Shown: positions 13,253 through 27,311 of the stretch, one piece after another
How the letters are laid out: each line of letters opens with the position of its first letter
Position numbering within the stretch: position 1 is the first letter of the stretch
Assembly (NCBI RefSeq): GCF_963853765.1
Contig: NC_088858.1
Span: 19,530,001 to 19,594,000 of the forward strand
Direction of reading: 5' to 3'
Length of the DNA stretch: 64,000 nucleotides
Source of the DNA: Magallana gigas
Taxonomy: Eukaryota
The notes under the pieces: generated by a model
The model's database searches: none
What the model was told of the DNA's origin: nothing
The model's input: the letters and a program-made list of their open reading frames with translations, nothing else
Made by a program: the position numbers and the translations under genes

Positions 13253-14011
13253 CATGTATACATTTTAGAAATCATTAGTATGTAAATACAGCTTACTAAC
13301 TTCAGTCATAAAGGTAACCACAATAAGAAAATATGAAACAAAACAATCTAAATCAATCAGACTGACAGAGAGGAAGTTGTCATCAGTTTTTATAAGATGA
13401 TCGTCGAGTTTCTGCAACATTAAGTTTTCTTGTAGGCATTTTTCACTGTATATACCAATTAATAATTTGATGCCATCAATTTTTCTGTGTATTTTTTTTT
13501 AACAATAAGATGCTTTCTTATGCGATATTCTTGTGTGATATGAAGTTAGCGACATTGCAGAAAAAATACAATAACTGCGTTAACGGATTATGTAAAAAAA
13601 AAAATCTGCAGTGATCGCTGCGTTTATAACACCCATGAATCAATTTTTTTAAACAGATTAATGAATTGAACGTAAAAAGTAGTAAATTATTGTAAGTGTA
13701 CATCAGTGTGTTGAATAAAAGAAATAGCCAACTCGTCTAATGTGAGAATTTGAGTCTGACATCATCGTCTTTTTTTCGTGCAGTCCGTAATATTTCTTAA
13801 GTTGTGAAGGTTTTAACAAATCGACTAACTGGTTAGAACTGGATTGTGTAGCAGTTTCTATAGAGCTGTGAATTACAATCAATTTCCGAAAGAAAAAGAG
13901 GGGGTCATATTAGTGGATGGAAATATATAAACTTTGTTGTCTATTGTTCTCTTTCATTCTTCGAACTATAAATGTAATTTGGAATGCTGAAATATTTAGA
14001 CTATAGTCTTT

Positions 14012-14142
14012 ACATTGCAAATGAAAAATTATACAAAATAAATGAAAATTATATACAATGCAAATGGAAAATTGGAGAATTCAAATGAAATTTGTAGAAT
14101 TTTACAATACAAATAGCAAATTATACAATGCAAATGGAAAAG
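14012..14142. repeat. Degenerate minisatellite (tacaatgcaaatggaaaatt-like units)
   Basis: Several imperfect copies of ATACAATGCAAATGGAAAA. Confidence 0.6.
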
Positions 14143-15172
14143 ATTGACGCAATATTGCAACGTTTGACATGTCATAAATGCATTTGCATACTACTGTCCT
14201 TTCCGATATATTTCATTTTATCAAATAAAATATACAACATGACTACTTTAAGGACACTGCCATTCTTTTTAAACTATTTTTTAAAAGAACATGACAATAT
14301 TAACCTAGGGACAACAAGTGTATGAACTGCAGAAATTTACAGATGTTGATAGGGTATAGAATCGCAGCTCTTACTAACATATAAATTCTAATCTAATAAC
14401 ATCTAATGAATTCTGAAGAGAAATGCAAATTGTACTTATTTTTTATATACAAAAAGTACATCGATCCTCATAATCTATCTAATAAACAAACAGACTGAAC
14501 AAAGTTGTTTTCCGTCAAATACAAATGATTGTCGAGTGCCCTTATACAATGAACCACATGTGAAGCCAAACGAAAGAGTCCGTGTGAAGTCAGTCTTTGT
14601 AAAGTGTTACTACATGTAAACAGCTGCTTTCGATTATAAAGAGGAAAATCGCCGATAAACGGTGTCTTGTCAACCGCAAGCAAAAAAAAACAACAGAGAT
14701 TACAAAATTAATATGAGAAAAGCTTGTAAATTTCATTCAGGATTTTTTTTTCTCGAAAAATGTAGATACATTATGTTAGTGATTGATTATAACCATATAT
14801 ATAATGAATTCAATTAATTTGGGAACAGAGTACACAGTCTTGCCCAAATCCTCATTTGCAAATACTTTCTCTTGACACTCGCTCTTCATTTCCATCCATG
14901 CACCTTTATAAATTTCCAAATGAACTAATGGCAGATAAAAAAAATCTCTGGAGATTCCAAAGACATCATGATCATTGTGATTAAATCAAGCCACTTAAAG
15001 AAATATTTACTTCCACTCAAAAATGTCAACTCTTCTGTCTCATGAGAAAACATATTTATTCACTCTTTGTTTATTGTGCAAATGAGTATAACGTTAATAA
15101 AGTTGAGATACACCACTGAAGATGAACTCAAATTTCTTTTGGATCCGAACTGTGGTACAAATGTGAACGAAA

Positions 15173-17069
15173 ATGATACCAGCATTTTCATATTTCTCCA
15201 TCTACATCAGTTTTTGTCTTTTCTTTACTTCACATGGATTTCTCTTCAAAGGATCCGTTTTTCGTCGTCTGTCCAAAGCAGACGACAAGTTGCCGCGCAG
15301 TCCACCACTGGCGGAATATACCGACATCTCTCCGAGGCGATGTGGTTTGAAATGTTTCAATCACCATCTCTGTTCTTCCTTCTTCATCAACAAAGAAAAG
15401 AAAGTCTGTAAACTGGCTAAAGAGGTTGATATGAACAAAATGATTCACTCTCCTGGTTATCTTTATTACGTTTCTGAAGGTAAGATTTCAAATGAAACAT
15501 CTTGTAATGTCTTAATAGTGTTTTTTTCCAACAAAAAATAACTTATTTCTGGTCCATACTTTTAAGCTCCCTTTTACTTATCATTTATGCACAAAATGTC
15601 TCCATATTAAAACTAAACCTCTATCTGTACGTACTGTACATAAAATAGAGGCTCTTTCTTGCATTCAATTCATAAGTAGGAGGCAACCTAGACATGTCCA
15701 TAAAAGATGTAACATAGGTAAAAAACGTTAAAAAAAACAGTCACGAGGATCTCGAAATTGACTTAAAAACATATCTTTAGATGTACGTCTGTAGCTCGAC
15801 GTAATTTAAAGGACATTTTTGACAGCAAGATTTAGGAAGTCTGCTACACAAAATTGAAAAATATATTTGTACATCTCTATAATTTGGTCGAAAGATAATG
15901 ATACCAAACTAACATTTTTGGTTATATACGAGGTTGCATTTTTTGCATATTCATAGCGTGGATTTATAACAAAACTTTATATAAAAATAATATTCATTTC
16001 AAAATCTAGTCAGTTTTCAGATTTTAAGAGAAGAGTGGGTTTGGCGGAAAGTCTAGTTCTAAGGAAATAAGCCTTTAAGAAAATGACCTGCAATTGTTTT
16101 CATTTTTGCGACAAGCATATATTGTAAACGCTTTATAACGTAAAGCTTTTAGGCAAACTTTGTAACCATAAGAATACCAATTTAATACCTCTACCGACGC
16201 CATCGTCACTGATTACAAAAACAATGTAAGAGTACGTGATGATCTAAACTCCCTAACTGAACATAAAAACTTCATAAATCTACATCTTTTTAAAACTTCT
16301 ACCAATACTATTACTCCAGATTGTAGACGGTCGGAATTGGGCTGGGAATACCGAGGGCCACGTGACAGGACGGTTTCGGGGATTCCCTGCCAGCGCTGGG
16401 ACCAGCAGTACCCACGCACTCACACCTACCAGTCCCTGTCTGGGGAACAAAACTTCTGCCGGAACCCCGCCAGGGCGTACGTTAAAGAACCTTGGTGCTA
16501 CACAACGGCGGGAAATAAGGCGTGGGACTACTGCTTTGTCCCGATGTGCGGTCTGTATCAGTTAATTTTTCCATATAAAAATTAAAAGCGAATAACAAAA
16601 CTTTTTTTTTTTTTTACTTTTTAATATACAAATAATATGGGCACGTAAAAACCTCACCAATTTCTACAGCTGTTCTAAGATTTTTGTAAGGTGTTTTTAG
16701 AAAATCGTTGCATATGCTTTTGTTCTGGTTGCCATCCATTATATTTTTTGACAAAACTAATCTGACACTTCTCAAAAGACTAATGTAAAAATCAAAAGTC
16801 ACATGTGGTAGGGATTATTCTTTTCTTTCAAAACAGTAACTCCAGCTCGTGAGTGCCAAGAAACAGAGAGAGGTGAGGACTACTTTGGTACCATTAACTG
16901 GACCATCAGTGGCAGGCAGTGCATGAGGTGGAAGGACCGTACCCCCGGCAACCAGAGCTATGCCATCGAGGGAAACTACTGCAGAAACCCGTTTTCCGAG
17001 AAATCGGCTCCTTGGTGTTACATTAAAAAATACAAAGAGTTTGAGATCTGTGACATTCCAAAATGTTGA
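15173..17069 (+). CDS. Secreted PAN/apple + 2 kringle domain protein (~253 aa), no protease domain
   Basis: Exons 15173-15479 (signal peptide + PAN: CGLKC...CSSFF...CKL), 16320-16550 (kringle: YRG...SGIPCQRW...NFCRNP...PWCYT...WDYC) and 16846-17069 (kringle: SGRQCMRW...NYCRNP...PWCY...CDIPKC*). Phase-1 GT-AG introns; AATAAA at ~17160. Confidence 0.9.
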
Positions 17070-17427
17070 ATACACATTGTCCATGTATATACTACTACGA
17101 CCTTCAAATTGAGCTGCTGCAGTGATGAACAGATAACATGTTAACCATTTGCAAACCAAAATAAAGTTATGTGATGCTTTCAATCATTTCTGCAAATACA
17201 GTCATATTTATTTAATACAAATTATGGTTACATGTCATGATATTCCAACTCTCTCTCTCTCTCTAACACATAAAACACACTGTAACTGTGCACAATGTTT
17301 TATTTTTCAGAAAGTAGTACCGTGGTACTTAACTGATGCAATGTAAAATTGTTCTGTCCAGAGTTTATACTAGTACAAGTATATGGTTTTGGATATTACC
17401 AGTAAATTAACACAAGTGTGCTATTTA

Positions 17428-20400
17428 TTACCGCCAGTAAGCATACGGATTTGTTTTATATTTACGTTGACATTGGGGGGAGCACAAAAACAAAAGAATT
17501 GGTACATCAGTCCTCCCGCGCATATCTACAGCTGAGACGGTGGGGGACAGGGTCTTAAGAGAGAAGGAGGCGGTAGCCCGAACACACCGCTCAAAACAGA
17601 AGCCACCACACCAACACAGTCTGGCGGAGTCCAGGTAACGACACAGGTGTGTGTGCAGGTCCTCCTCACTGTACGGCAATCTGTAACAAATAAATGAACA
17701 TTCTATTCAAAATCATAAACTACTGATGTAGGTTCCCATCATTTCAATTACTGTAATCTGTAAGAAATAAATGTACATTCTATTCAAAATCATAAAATTA
17801 TTTATACTGATGCAGTTTCTTAACATTTTACTCTAATCTGTAACAACTAACAAATAAATTCAAATTAAGAACTGATTAATAAATATTCATTCTCAAATTA
17901 TTTACTTAAATCAAATCCCAATTTCAAAATATTTTAAAGTTTTTACAAGAGGCCTATGGGCTTTAACATTCGCCTTAGTAAAGTACAGCTCTGGAGAGGA
18001 TATACAGAATATGTAATATGTTGATAATGTGTATTAATAAAGCAAATTGATGGGAAAAGATTTTGTTGCTCAGACACAATATCAACATAATTACAAGTGA
18101 TAAGTCAGTTTTAATTTAATGAACTACACAACAGTAATAATCAGTTTATTAATAAGTACTTTATTACAAAAATGCACGACCCTCAATTAATAGACTTGAT
18201 GTGTATTCTACTCTTAAACTTTTTTAACTCTTATAAGGCTTAATATTGGTCTAATGATTTTTAATTCATCATTTAAAATTATACAGCATCACTCAAAATT
18301 ACAAAACCAATTTTTCAGACTTTAAAACTTTTTCTTAAATCTTTTTACTCAGTGATACCTAAAATTACATAATCTTCATACATACAATGGTTTACAATTT
18401 TGCACAGGGACAGTGCCTTTATGTGATAACCTGTCAGAAGACAAGTCTGTACCATTCAGACTTATCCAGGCCAATATCAATCAATGTGCACTGTTGATTT
18501 TTATTGCTTTATGATGCTACTGGGAAATCAATTACCTTCTTACCTGAATTTTATTGTGCAACCAATATTATGCTAATCTATCCTAATCACATCTCTATCA
18601 GATTTAACCTGAAATTTATCTGCCATGTATTGACCCAAACAGAAAGAGGGAAAAAATAATTTCACAAGATTGAAGAATATGGAGAAGGTAAGGTGTTATA
18701 AGTTTTTCCTCTTTTATAATAGACTGTACTTGTATTAATTATTATCATTAAATTTATTTACTGCATAAGTCTACAATGTTTTTCTTTAAAACACAAGTTC
18801 CATATAGTCCGTTTGATACTATATCATTTGCATATTTCTATTTGTGTTTCTTTTTCCTCAGTTGAACATTTTTTTTAGATCAATATATAATTCAGTAAAT
18901 TCAAATAAATGACTATGGCCCAAACTAAAAAAAATTCCAGATTTCATATGTTAAGTTACTTTTATAAAGGATAAACTTCCGATAAAGCGCTAAAATATTA
19001 TCATAATAGTTTCAAGTTTGCAAAGTTCTGTTCTTATTGTTACTTTTCTCGTGTTATATTTTTGTAAATATCAATTTTGTCATTTCAAGATTTTTTGAAC
19101 ATTAAATGACTCCTTCTTTGTTTTGATGGATGGGAATATATTTTTTTTCACTCGTTGATTATGTTGATTCATGAACACAAAAAAAGGAATTCCAAATCCC
19201 AAAAGACGGAAACTGAACAGAGGAGCAAAACTTTCAATCAATACATGGTCAATTGCAGAACTGTAGCTCTCTGTGAAAGTTTGGGTTAGGAGAAAGAAGG
19301 AAAACTTAAGAATATTCACAGGATGTGACAAAATAATAGACAGTTTATCAATGATTGATGAGATCTCATTATTACAATACATATGTACCTTTAAATGAAA
19401 TTTTATGAAAGCAATGTGTTCGGTTTCTTTTAAAATGAGTTTGACACAGTGAAGGGAGGGACAGACAGACTGAGAAGGACTAAATAGATCAGCAGTCGAC
19501 TTTCAAAACGTTATATATAAGACAGGGGGTAAAAATGTCTTAATTTAACAAGCTTGATTATGAATATCAAGGACACAAAATGGCAGAGATAACATTTTTG
19601 TTCATTCACAAGGCAAGACAAAGGATAGAAAACAAGGAGGCCGTCTTGCCTGAAAATGCAATTCCTATCCACAAAAATATTGCGTTGCATATTATCATAT
19701 TAAATATTATCTGACACCATGATACATGCACGTTATATTTTACACAGTAATGAAGTAAGAAATCAGCTTTATAATTCTAATTTAAATTACCTGTTTTTCC
19801 TGATCATTCTTGCACAGCACTCCACTAAAGATGGGGCTTGCCATTCAGTCTCTTCCAGATCAGATTTTGTATCATCAGCAAATGGATTATTGTACAGGTC
19901 TAGATGTTCCAGACGTAGCTGCATAAAACTGCAAGGAAGAGTCTTTATCTGGTTCTGACTAGCAGAAAGGTATTTCAGCCTTTTGAGTCTTCCAATGGTA
20001 GGTGGAAAAGTTTCCAACTTGTTCTGATCCACTTTAAGCGTCACAAGATTGTCAAGTTCACAAAGCTGGATGGGAAGAAGTGTGATTCCGTTATTACTCA
20101 GGTCTAATAAAGAGAGAAATTGCTTCCATTTTGGCAGTAAGCAAAGAGACGAGGGAAGATTTTGTATCTTGTTAGCACAAAGTATTAGCTCCTGTAAATT
20201 CTCCAGCTGAGAAAAAGTAGATGGTAACTCTTCTATCACATTTTCTCTTAAATCTAAATGTTGAAGTTTTTTCAACTGAAAAATTCTGGAGTCAATTTTC
20301 TTCATGCGACACTGAGAGACATGGAGATACTCTAACTGTGAAGGAAAGCTCTTAGTGAGGGGGTAGTCTTTGCGAGAAGTCACTGACATCTTGGTTTTGG

Positions 20401-21519
20401 GTTTATCAACACTTTTGTTACTAGCTGGAGCCAATGTGGATAAGTTGATTTTGTCGATGTTCTCACCCAGAGATGCCTTACGAATCAATGTAAGGAAGTT
20501 TTTCAGCTGCAATGGATCAGCCTGCAAGAAATATAATATTTTGTAACTGCCGGTATACTACTTACAACTAACATGTATACCGGTACTTGCAATACCAAGG
20601 GAACTTAGGGAAGTGTTACACACTGGATATCAACTCAATTTTCATAAGAACTGTGTACCGGTACAAAAGTCACAACGCTATTCTTATATTTGAAATTGCT
20701 AAAAAGTTAAATGGTAAACTTGACTACGAGTAAGTCCATCTATGTGTCGAACAATAATTCAGCAACTGATCACAATGATGATATTTCCAGAAAAGCTTTT
20801 ACTAAATACTATAACTCATACAGATGAAACAGTTAAACAAGGACCATGGCTATCTTATAAGATATTTCTTTATTACAATGAACCAGAATTGAGATACAGC
20901 GTCTTGAGTCCAATTCCAGTAAAACCAATATCTAAATACCTTTTGGTACGTACTCTCTTTACGAAACAAAGGTGTACATGTACAATTTTATGATTTAATG
21001 ACATCTCATACCTTACATAAGCACAAATCCTGAGGTGGGTCTTTTAAACGGATGGTAGCCTTCCCCTCATTAATAAATTTTGCAAAAATTTGTTCTACAT
21101 TGTCTCGAATCTGAAAGAAACAAAAAAATTGCACATTGAACTAAGTGAAATATCTTTCATGCATGCCAGCATTTACTTTTACATTAGCTGCAATAATGTA
21201 GCCCTCTCCGATTTTTTATATCTGCATGATGTTTACTGGAGATACATGCAGCAATGTTGTCTTTCAAATGTGTTCACCAGTAATATCTGCATCTGTATGA
21301 TAAACAGAAAGGTCAAGAGACAGCATTTAGACTGACTTGAAACTTGGTTCCATTTCTGTCCTTTGCAGTACATGCCATTATGAAGAGAACTCCCTCTTTG
21401 TTATCCGACTGTGGTTTTCTCCCAATCGACAGTTGTGTGTGACAGGCTTTGCCTCCTTTCTTTACATTCATAGAGGGCAGGACCCGATTTACTACATCCA
21501 TTTCACATTTGATTCTCAT
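17428..21519 (-). CDS. LRR1: Leucine-rich repeat protein 1 (CRL2 substrate receptor)
   Basis: Exons 21337-21519 (MRIKCEMDVVNRVLP), 21012-21110 (EGKATIRLKDPP), 19791-20521 (KDYPLTKSFP, LRRs, BC-box APSLVECCAR) and 17428-17680 (HLCRYL...CWCG). Motifs match vertebrate LRR1 as I recall it. A probable 5'UTR exon has its donor near 23147. Confidence 0.92.
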
Positions 21520-23640
21520 TTTCTGAAAATCAGAAAAATAGACTTTATTTCATTTGAAAATTTAAATCCAGCATATATGTGCACAATATATTGTAGTTAT
21601 ACTGACTTAGCAAATAATGCTGAGGATGAGTTTATACTGCCTTGTCTATGTTACGTAATTTTGTAATTTTATACATGTACCGTTAGTTTATTAGTAGAAC
21701 TTTCATGGTACCAAGAAGGATATTGTCCAAGAAATGGCATTCTGAACCAAACATGTATCAATTAAACAAAATGGACAGCATGGATAATATTGTAACCATT
21801 TCTACATACTGGTACATGTATATAACTACAACCCCCATCTCTTTGTTTGCTTTTACTTTACATAAAATCTTACAAAGCTTAATATTAATAATCATATTGT
21901 AAAAGTTTAAGAAAGGACAACGAAGGTCCCCTGCAAAGTTAAAAATATTATAACCGGCAATGATGCGTGAAATCAACTGTATAGATGCACCTATCAAGTA
22001 CTTGACTTAAGTCTCAAAAATAAATAACAATGGTGTATGAATGAACCATGTTGTTTAGAGTATTCATAGGAAGATAACCAATGCATTACTGGCCAGTCAA
22101 AACTTGATAAAATCAAACACAGTTATAAAATGTCATTGCTGACAAGGTGTACTATAGTCTACATCCATACAGATTTGATTTAGACTGAGTATGAAGTACT
22201 TTAATATGTAGTTGTACTTTATTTCCCAGTATTTCCCAGGAAATACCAGTAATTCCCGGGAATTACCAGTATTTCCCACCGTCCTGGGAAATATGAGTAT
22301 TTCCCACTTTTTTGCCAACCCTGGTGAAATGCATGTAGATGTCTATTAATCAGTGATTATTAAATTATGACGATCATCTCTACAAGATCAGGTTTATAAT
22401 TAAAATTGTTACTGACCGGTCCAAATATTGATTACAGTTTAACAGATCTATAGACAATTGTTAAAACACCTGACTAGAGATTCAGGGGACCCAGGTTCAT
22501 CATTTTCATATCCTGTTACATATGGTGCCCTGCCAATTCCTTGAACTGACAGTTGATAACATGGGGAAGTTTCTTTGAAGAGGAAGATCATTTAGAATGG
22601 AATGTAACAGGTAATCTCAGCGAGATTCGTCGAGTCAAAAATTTTGAGTCTCGAAGAATCTCGCTTAGATTATGTGACAGTCAGCCAGACCAGTTCTATC
22701 AAATAACAAAGCCAGGTAGCACTTAATTGACATGTATATATAAACATTTATGATTGCATCTATAATCAGGGGCTAGGACTTTGCATGTTTATATTTGATT
22801 GAACCAGTAAATTGAAAATTAATGATCCAAATTATTATGCCGTGCTGTGTTTCCGAACTTTTAAAAGTCTTTCTAAAAAGATAGAATGAAGGTACTGGTA
22901 GAAGGCTGATAGTAAAAAAATGGTTTTCATCAGACCTGTGGTCAGAGTACACATACATGTAGGTAACTTTATCATGATTATTGTGTGGACAAATATGTAG
23001 AATTTGAGTGCTGCCTGATTAACACAATGTGCTTTGGTCGTGCTTTTTAAGGACAATGAGTGAATATTGAATTATAATGTGTAACTCTTAAGCTGATCCT
23101 TATCATACGGGAAATAGTTTACCTCTTTTGTCAGTCAGTCAGCTTACTTTCGATACCATGAACAACTTATCAAAATTTCCGCCAAAAATTGCTCTAAATA
23201 TCCCTACGCGCTAATATCACATCATCAGTCTTATTTGTTTTCTATTACCGTTGGTAAAGAAAAACTGTTTTTATGCATTTTTTATTAAACTGATTAAATA
23301 AAGATAGGGTTTGTGGGTTAAAATCTTGACAGCTGTTTAAGATCTATATTTACTCGGATGGATATCCGGTAGATGTTGTTAGGTCGACATCATTTTTAAT
23401 GAGAACGGGAAAGAAACAGATTTTTACGATTATTTCCCGGATGTGGCAGTCTTGTGTGACAAACTGTTGAATAACACGTGAAGCATTTAATAAGATATGT
23501 GACAAAAAAGCTTGAGTGCCATTCAATTTGAGATTTTCGCAGAGTAAGGTTCTGGAGCACCGCATCTTCCAGCATCTTCGCTTGATCAGCAAAAGGCAAA
23601 TCTCACAACTGCATTACACTTTATATATTAGCAATAGACA

Positions 23641-26600
23641 ATGATAAAATTACGCAAAAGTACCATAAGATTGCTAGCATTGGCCCTTTTTTATTTGCTA
23701 TACCTTGTGATTGGAGCATCTGTGTTCTCTGCAATTGAAGGACCACAAGAACGAGAATTGATTAAGAATGTGAAGAAATTAAGATCTGATTTTTTGACTG
23801 ACAACACTTGTTTAACAGGTATTATTCCTTTTAATTTTCAATTTGCATGGTAAAGGTAGGCACTTCTTATTTTCAAGAAGTTTTACATTTATATATTTTA
23901 ATAGGTTTGTTACTGACTGACTACGAAAAAAATATAGCCTATACTGGCGTGCAACCAGTTCTCGCCGAGTACCATTTCTCGCCAGTACATTGTGACGTCA
24001 TTTTTCGTCTATAATTTTATGTGTTGATAAAATGACGTCACAATGTACTGGCGAGAAATGGTACCCGGCGAGAACTGGTCACACGCCAGTAGGGTTGGTC
24101 AGGTCTCATAGAAACAAGGCAATATATTTCAAGAGTCATCAGTAAGAAATCTGATAAGTGTTTTGTTTTCCCAAGGACTATCAAGTGAGACATTATTTAC
24201 CAAAAGCAATGATATGTTGATGCAAATTTATTTGCATCTATTTATTTAATCCATGTTAAAGTGGCCATATATTGTAAGGGGGTGGGGAATTAATGACGGC
24301 CCAGAGCGGGATTCGAATCCAAGCCCCCTGAATCTCTAGTTTGGTGCTCTACCAAATGAGCTATCTTGTGCTGGTATTCAAACCAGTTTTACCATCATAT
24401 TCCTCCCCCTTAAATGAACCTCGAAGATCCCCCTAGCCTCTTCTCCTGGCTGGAGTTAAACTGTCAGTTCCAGGGGTTGGCACAGCACCAAATGTAACGA
24501 GATGGCAGAAATAATGACGGACCAGACTGGGATTTTGAAACCAGGCCCCCTGAATCTCTAGTAGGGCAGATGCTCTACCAGCTGAGCTATCTGTCACCGG
24601 TATTTGAACCGGTCTGACCATAACAATGTATTGTCCATTTTTTATACAGTTGAACTCTTCAAAGTTCTAACTCTCACCTCAAATACTCTTTGAAAATCTT
24701 AGCTGCATCCTTGTTCATTTTCATCCCTTTCCTCCACAGAGGTTTGAGCAAATCTCGACGCTGTCATTCAATATGCTGAAAGTATGTGATGGTTCAAACA
24801 AGACTTAAGGGTTTAATAATGTTTCACGCATAAGTGTTGGTTGAGCCATCACATTTATTTTGTGGGAGCTCAATTTTTCATGGATTTTGTCGGTACCCTT
24901 CAGCAATGAATTTTGGGTACCATCTCCAATTAATATTATCAAGAACAGTATGTATTTATTATTTTCATCAATATGAGTGAATCCCAAAAATTACACATCT
25001 TGGTGACCTTTTTAAAAATTGACAAATGCAGAAACTGGCCCAAACAAATCCAATTGATTCCCCAGAATTTGGTATATAGCACTTATTCAGAGCCCGACCC
25101 ATACCAAATAAAAGCACCAAAAACTTATACCTATGGTTTAAGATTTGAATATACATGTAATTGTCTGGTTCATCTTACTTATGCTTTAAAGAGCATGTCA
25201 TATTGAATTTTATCAATTTCCTGTTGTTTTAGAAATAATGCTATGATATAGTGTTAAATCTAAAGCAAACTAGCGTGGCGCGGCGCCATGCCCCATTTTA
25301 GGTATATAAAAAAAAAAACTACTTGATCTAGTATGTCATTGACCCTTTTCTGTCACATCAACATTATCTGACTGATCATATCATTATTGTAAGCTGTAAT
25401 TGTTCTCTATATCTTAGATATATTTATATTGAACTGATATCCAAAGTGTTGTATATTCTTATTTTAACATACATATATTGGCAATTGTACTAGTTGTTCC
25501 CAATTTCCAGCGTAAGACCATATGACTTGAACTGGACCATGTAGTCAACTCAGGTTTTAGGATTTGTACTCCTGCTTTATATTAATTTCCTCTTCCTGTA
25601 ATATAGTATTCTCTGAATTATCAATGTACATGTAGTCTTGCCTCAATGTAGCTTGAATAATGCAGAAGCTTGTGTAGTTTTAACAGGCTTCATGAGAGGA
25701 ATCAGTCTTATGAAGATCTCTAAACACTGACTGAAAAAATATTGAATAGTCAATGCATCTAGATTAGGTATCATTCTGGCATGTTCAAGAAATTACAGAT
25801 GGTTTATTGATTACCCACAGTATCCAAAGATCATAAATTCAGGACAACAGTAAAACTTTTTATTGAAAAATGGATATATGCATGAGCATGATCACAGATA
25901 TTTCCAAACTGATGAAGAAATATATAGATTTTTTTTTCAATTGATTTTATTCTTTTGGAGACGATGGAAATTCTGAAATCATGATACCCCCCCCCCCTTT
26001 TGGGTTCTTGGGAAGCCACTATTAGGGTGTGGTTTGGGCGGGTTTGAAGATGCAATGACCCTTGGGGTCAGAAAGGGGTCACCATTGGGAATGGGAAGGT
26101 TCAATTTAAAAAAAAAAAATAATATATTGTTACTTCTTATTAAAATAAGGGACTATTCAACAGGTGTTAAGAGTTTTAAAGTTTAGTCATATATATACCC
26201 TTATCTCTTACGTAATCCTGGGGCGATCACAATGAGTTGATAATGTGGGTGTTTTGGGATTTTTTTTTTTGGGGGGGGGGGGGAGGGCAAGTATATAGAC
26301 TGAAGAATTATTTTGAAATACGTCAAATGCAACACAGTTAAGTCAATATCTTGGACTGCTCCCATGAAACAATATCAAGAAAATTAAAATCTTTTTAAAT
26401 CCAATGAAAACTTATCTAAGTAATTGTGGAAATTTGGTGTTTCTGAAAAGCTTTTAAAAACTGTATGTTGCGGACTTCATTTGGGTACCGGTAAATAGAG
26501 AAATGCTTGTGTCCAATTACGGTACATCATATTTTTTTCAAAAGTACAAAATCCTGCTTGTGAAGTCAATTATTAGGTTGTTTAAATCTTGTCATCTCTA

Positions 26601-27262
26601 AAATAAAAGATAGTGTTACGTCACAATGTAAATCTGAGTTATCTCCCTGAAACTGCAAACTTTACCTTATTGTGTATGAATCAAAAATGAAACCTAAACA
26701 AAGAAACCAAACTCTGAATGGTGAATTATTAATTAATTAAACTGAACCTAATAAAGGCAAGATGACTTAATTACATCCTTTACACTTTTTGTTAGTGTTT
26801 TAATACTGGTCAGTGAAATATGTTAAAAGCAAAATATGTTAAAAGCATTATCAGTAAATCAAATCATGCATGCATTGTTTCTTCTTTCGATCTTTATAAG
26901 TACATGTTTAAGATTACAGCATAACATACATTTATAATTCATGTACAATGTGCATAATTCATGAGAATCACATTTTACTGCGATTCTCTGTTATAAAACT
27001 ACTAAGAATGATTCTTTAATAATTATGATGCCATGAAAATGATGAAGATAAATATTGGGCATGTTCTCTGTATGTGGCCATTGGGGGTGTACTGTTTATT
27101 GTGTATTTACAAGTTTTATTATCACAACAGGATCATTGAAATTATATTAAATTAAACTTTTGTGTCCATATTTCAAGTGCATGGTAAAAGCAGTATAAGT
27201 AACCTTTGTTTGTGAAGAGGCCAAGGCATCCTAAGGTTTTCCTCTCTCTTGATAAAGTCATG

Positions 27263-27311
<49 letters not shown>

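Noticed and set aside
13022-13285. ORFs spanning N runs (also 45939-46240)
   Set aside because: Artefacts of translating assembly gaps.
16815-17183. 122-aa hydrophobic - strand ORF
   Set aside because: Antisense of the second kringle exon on +.
24290-24610. Possible tRNA genes
   Set aside because: A/B boxes are present, but there is no consistent acceptor or anticodon stem and the copies are dispersed and degenerate, as expected for SINE relics.
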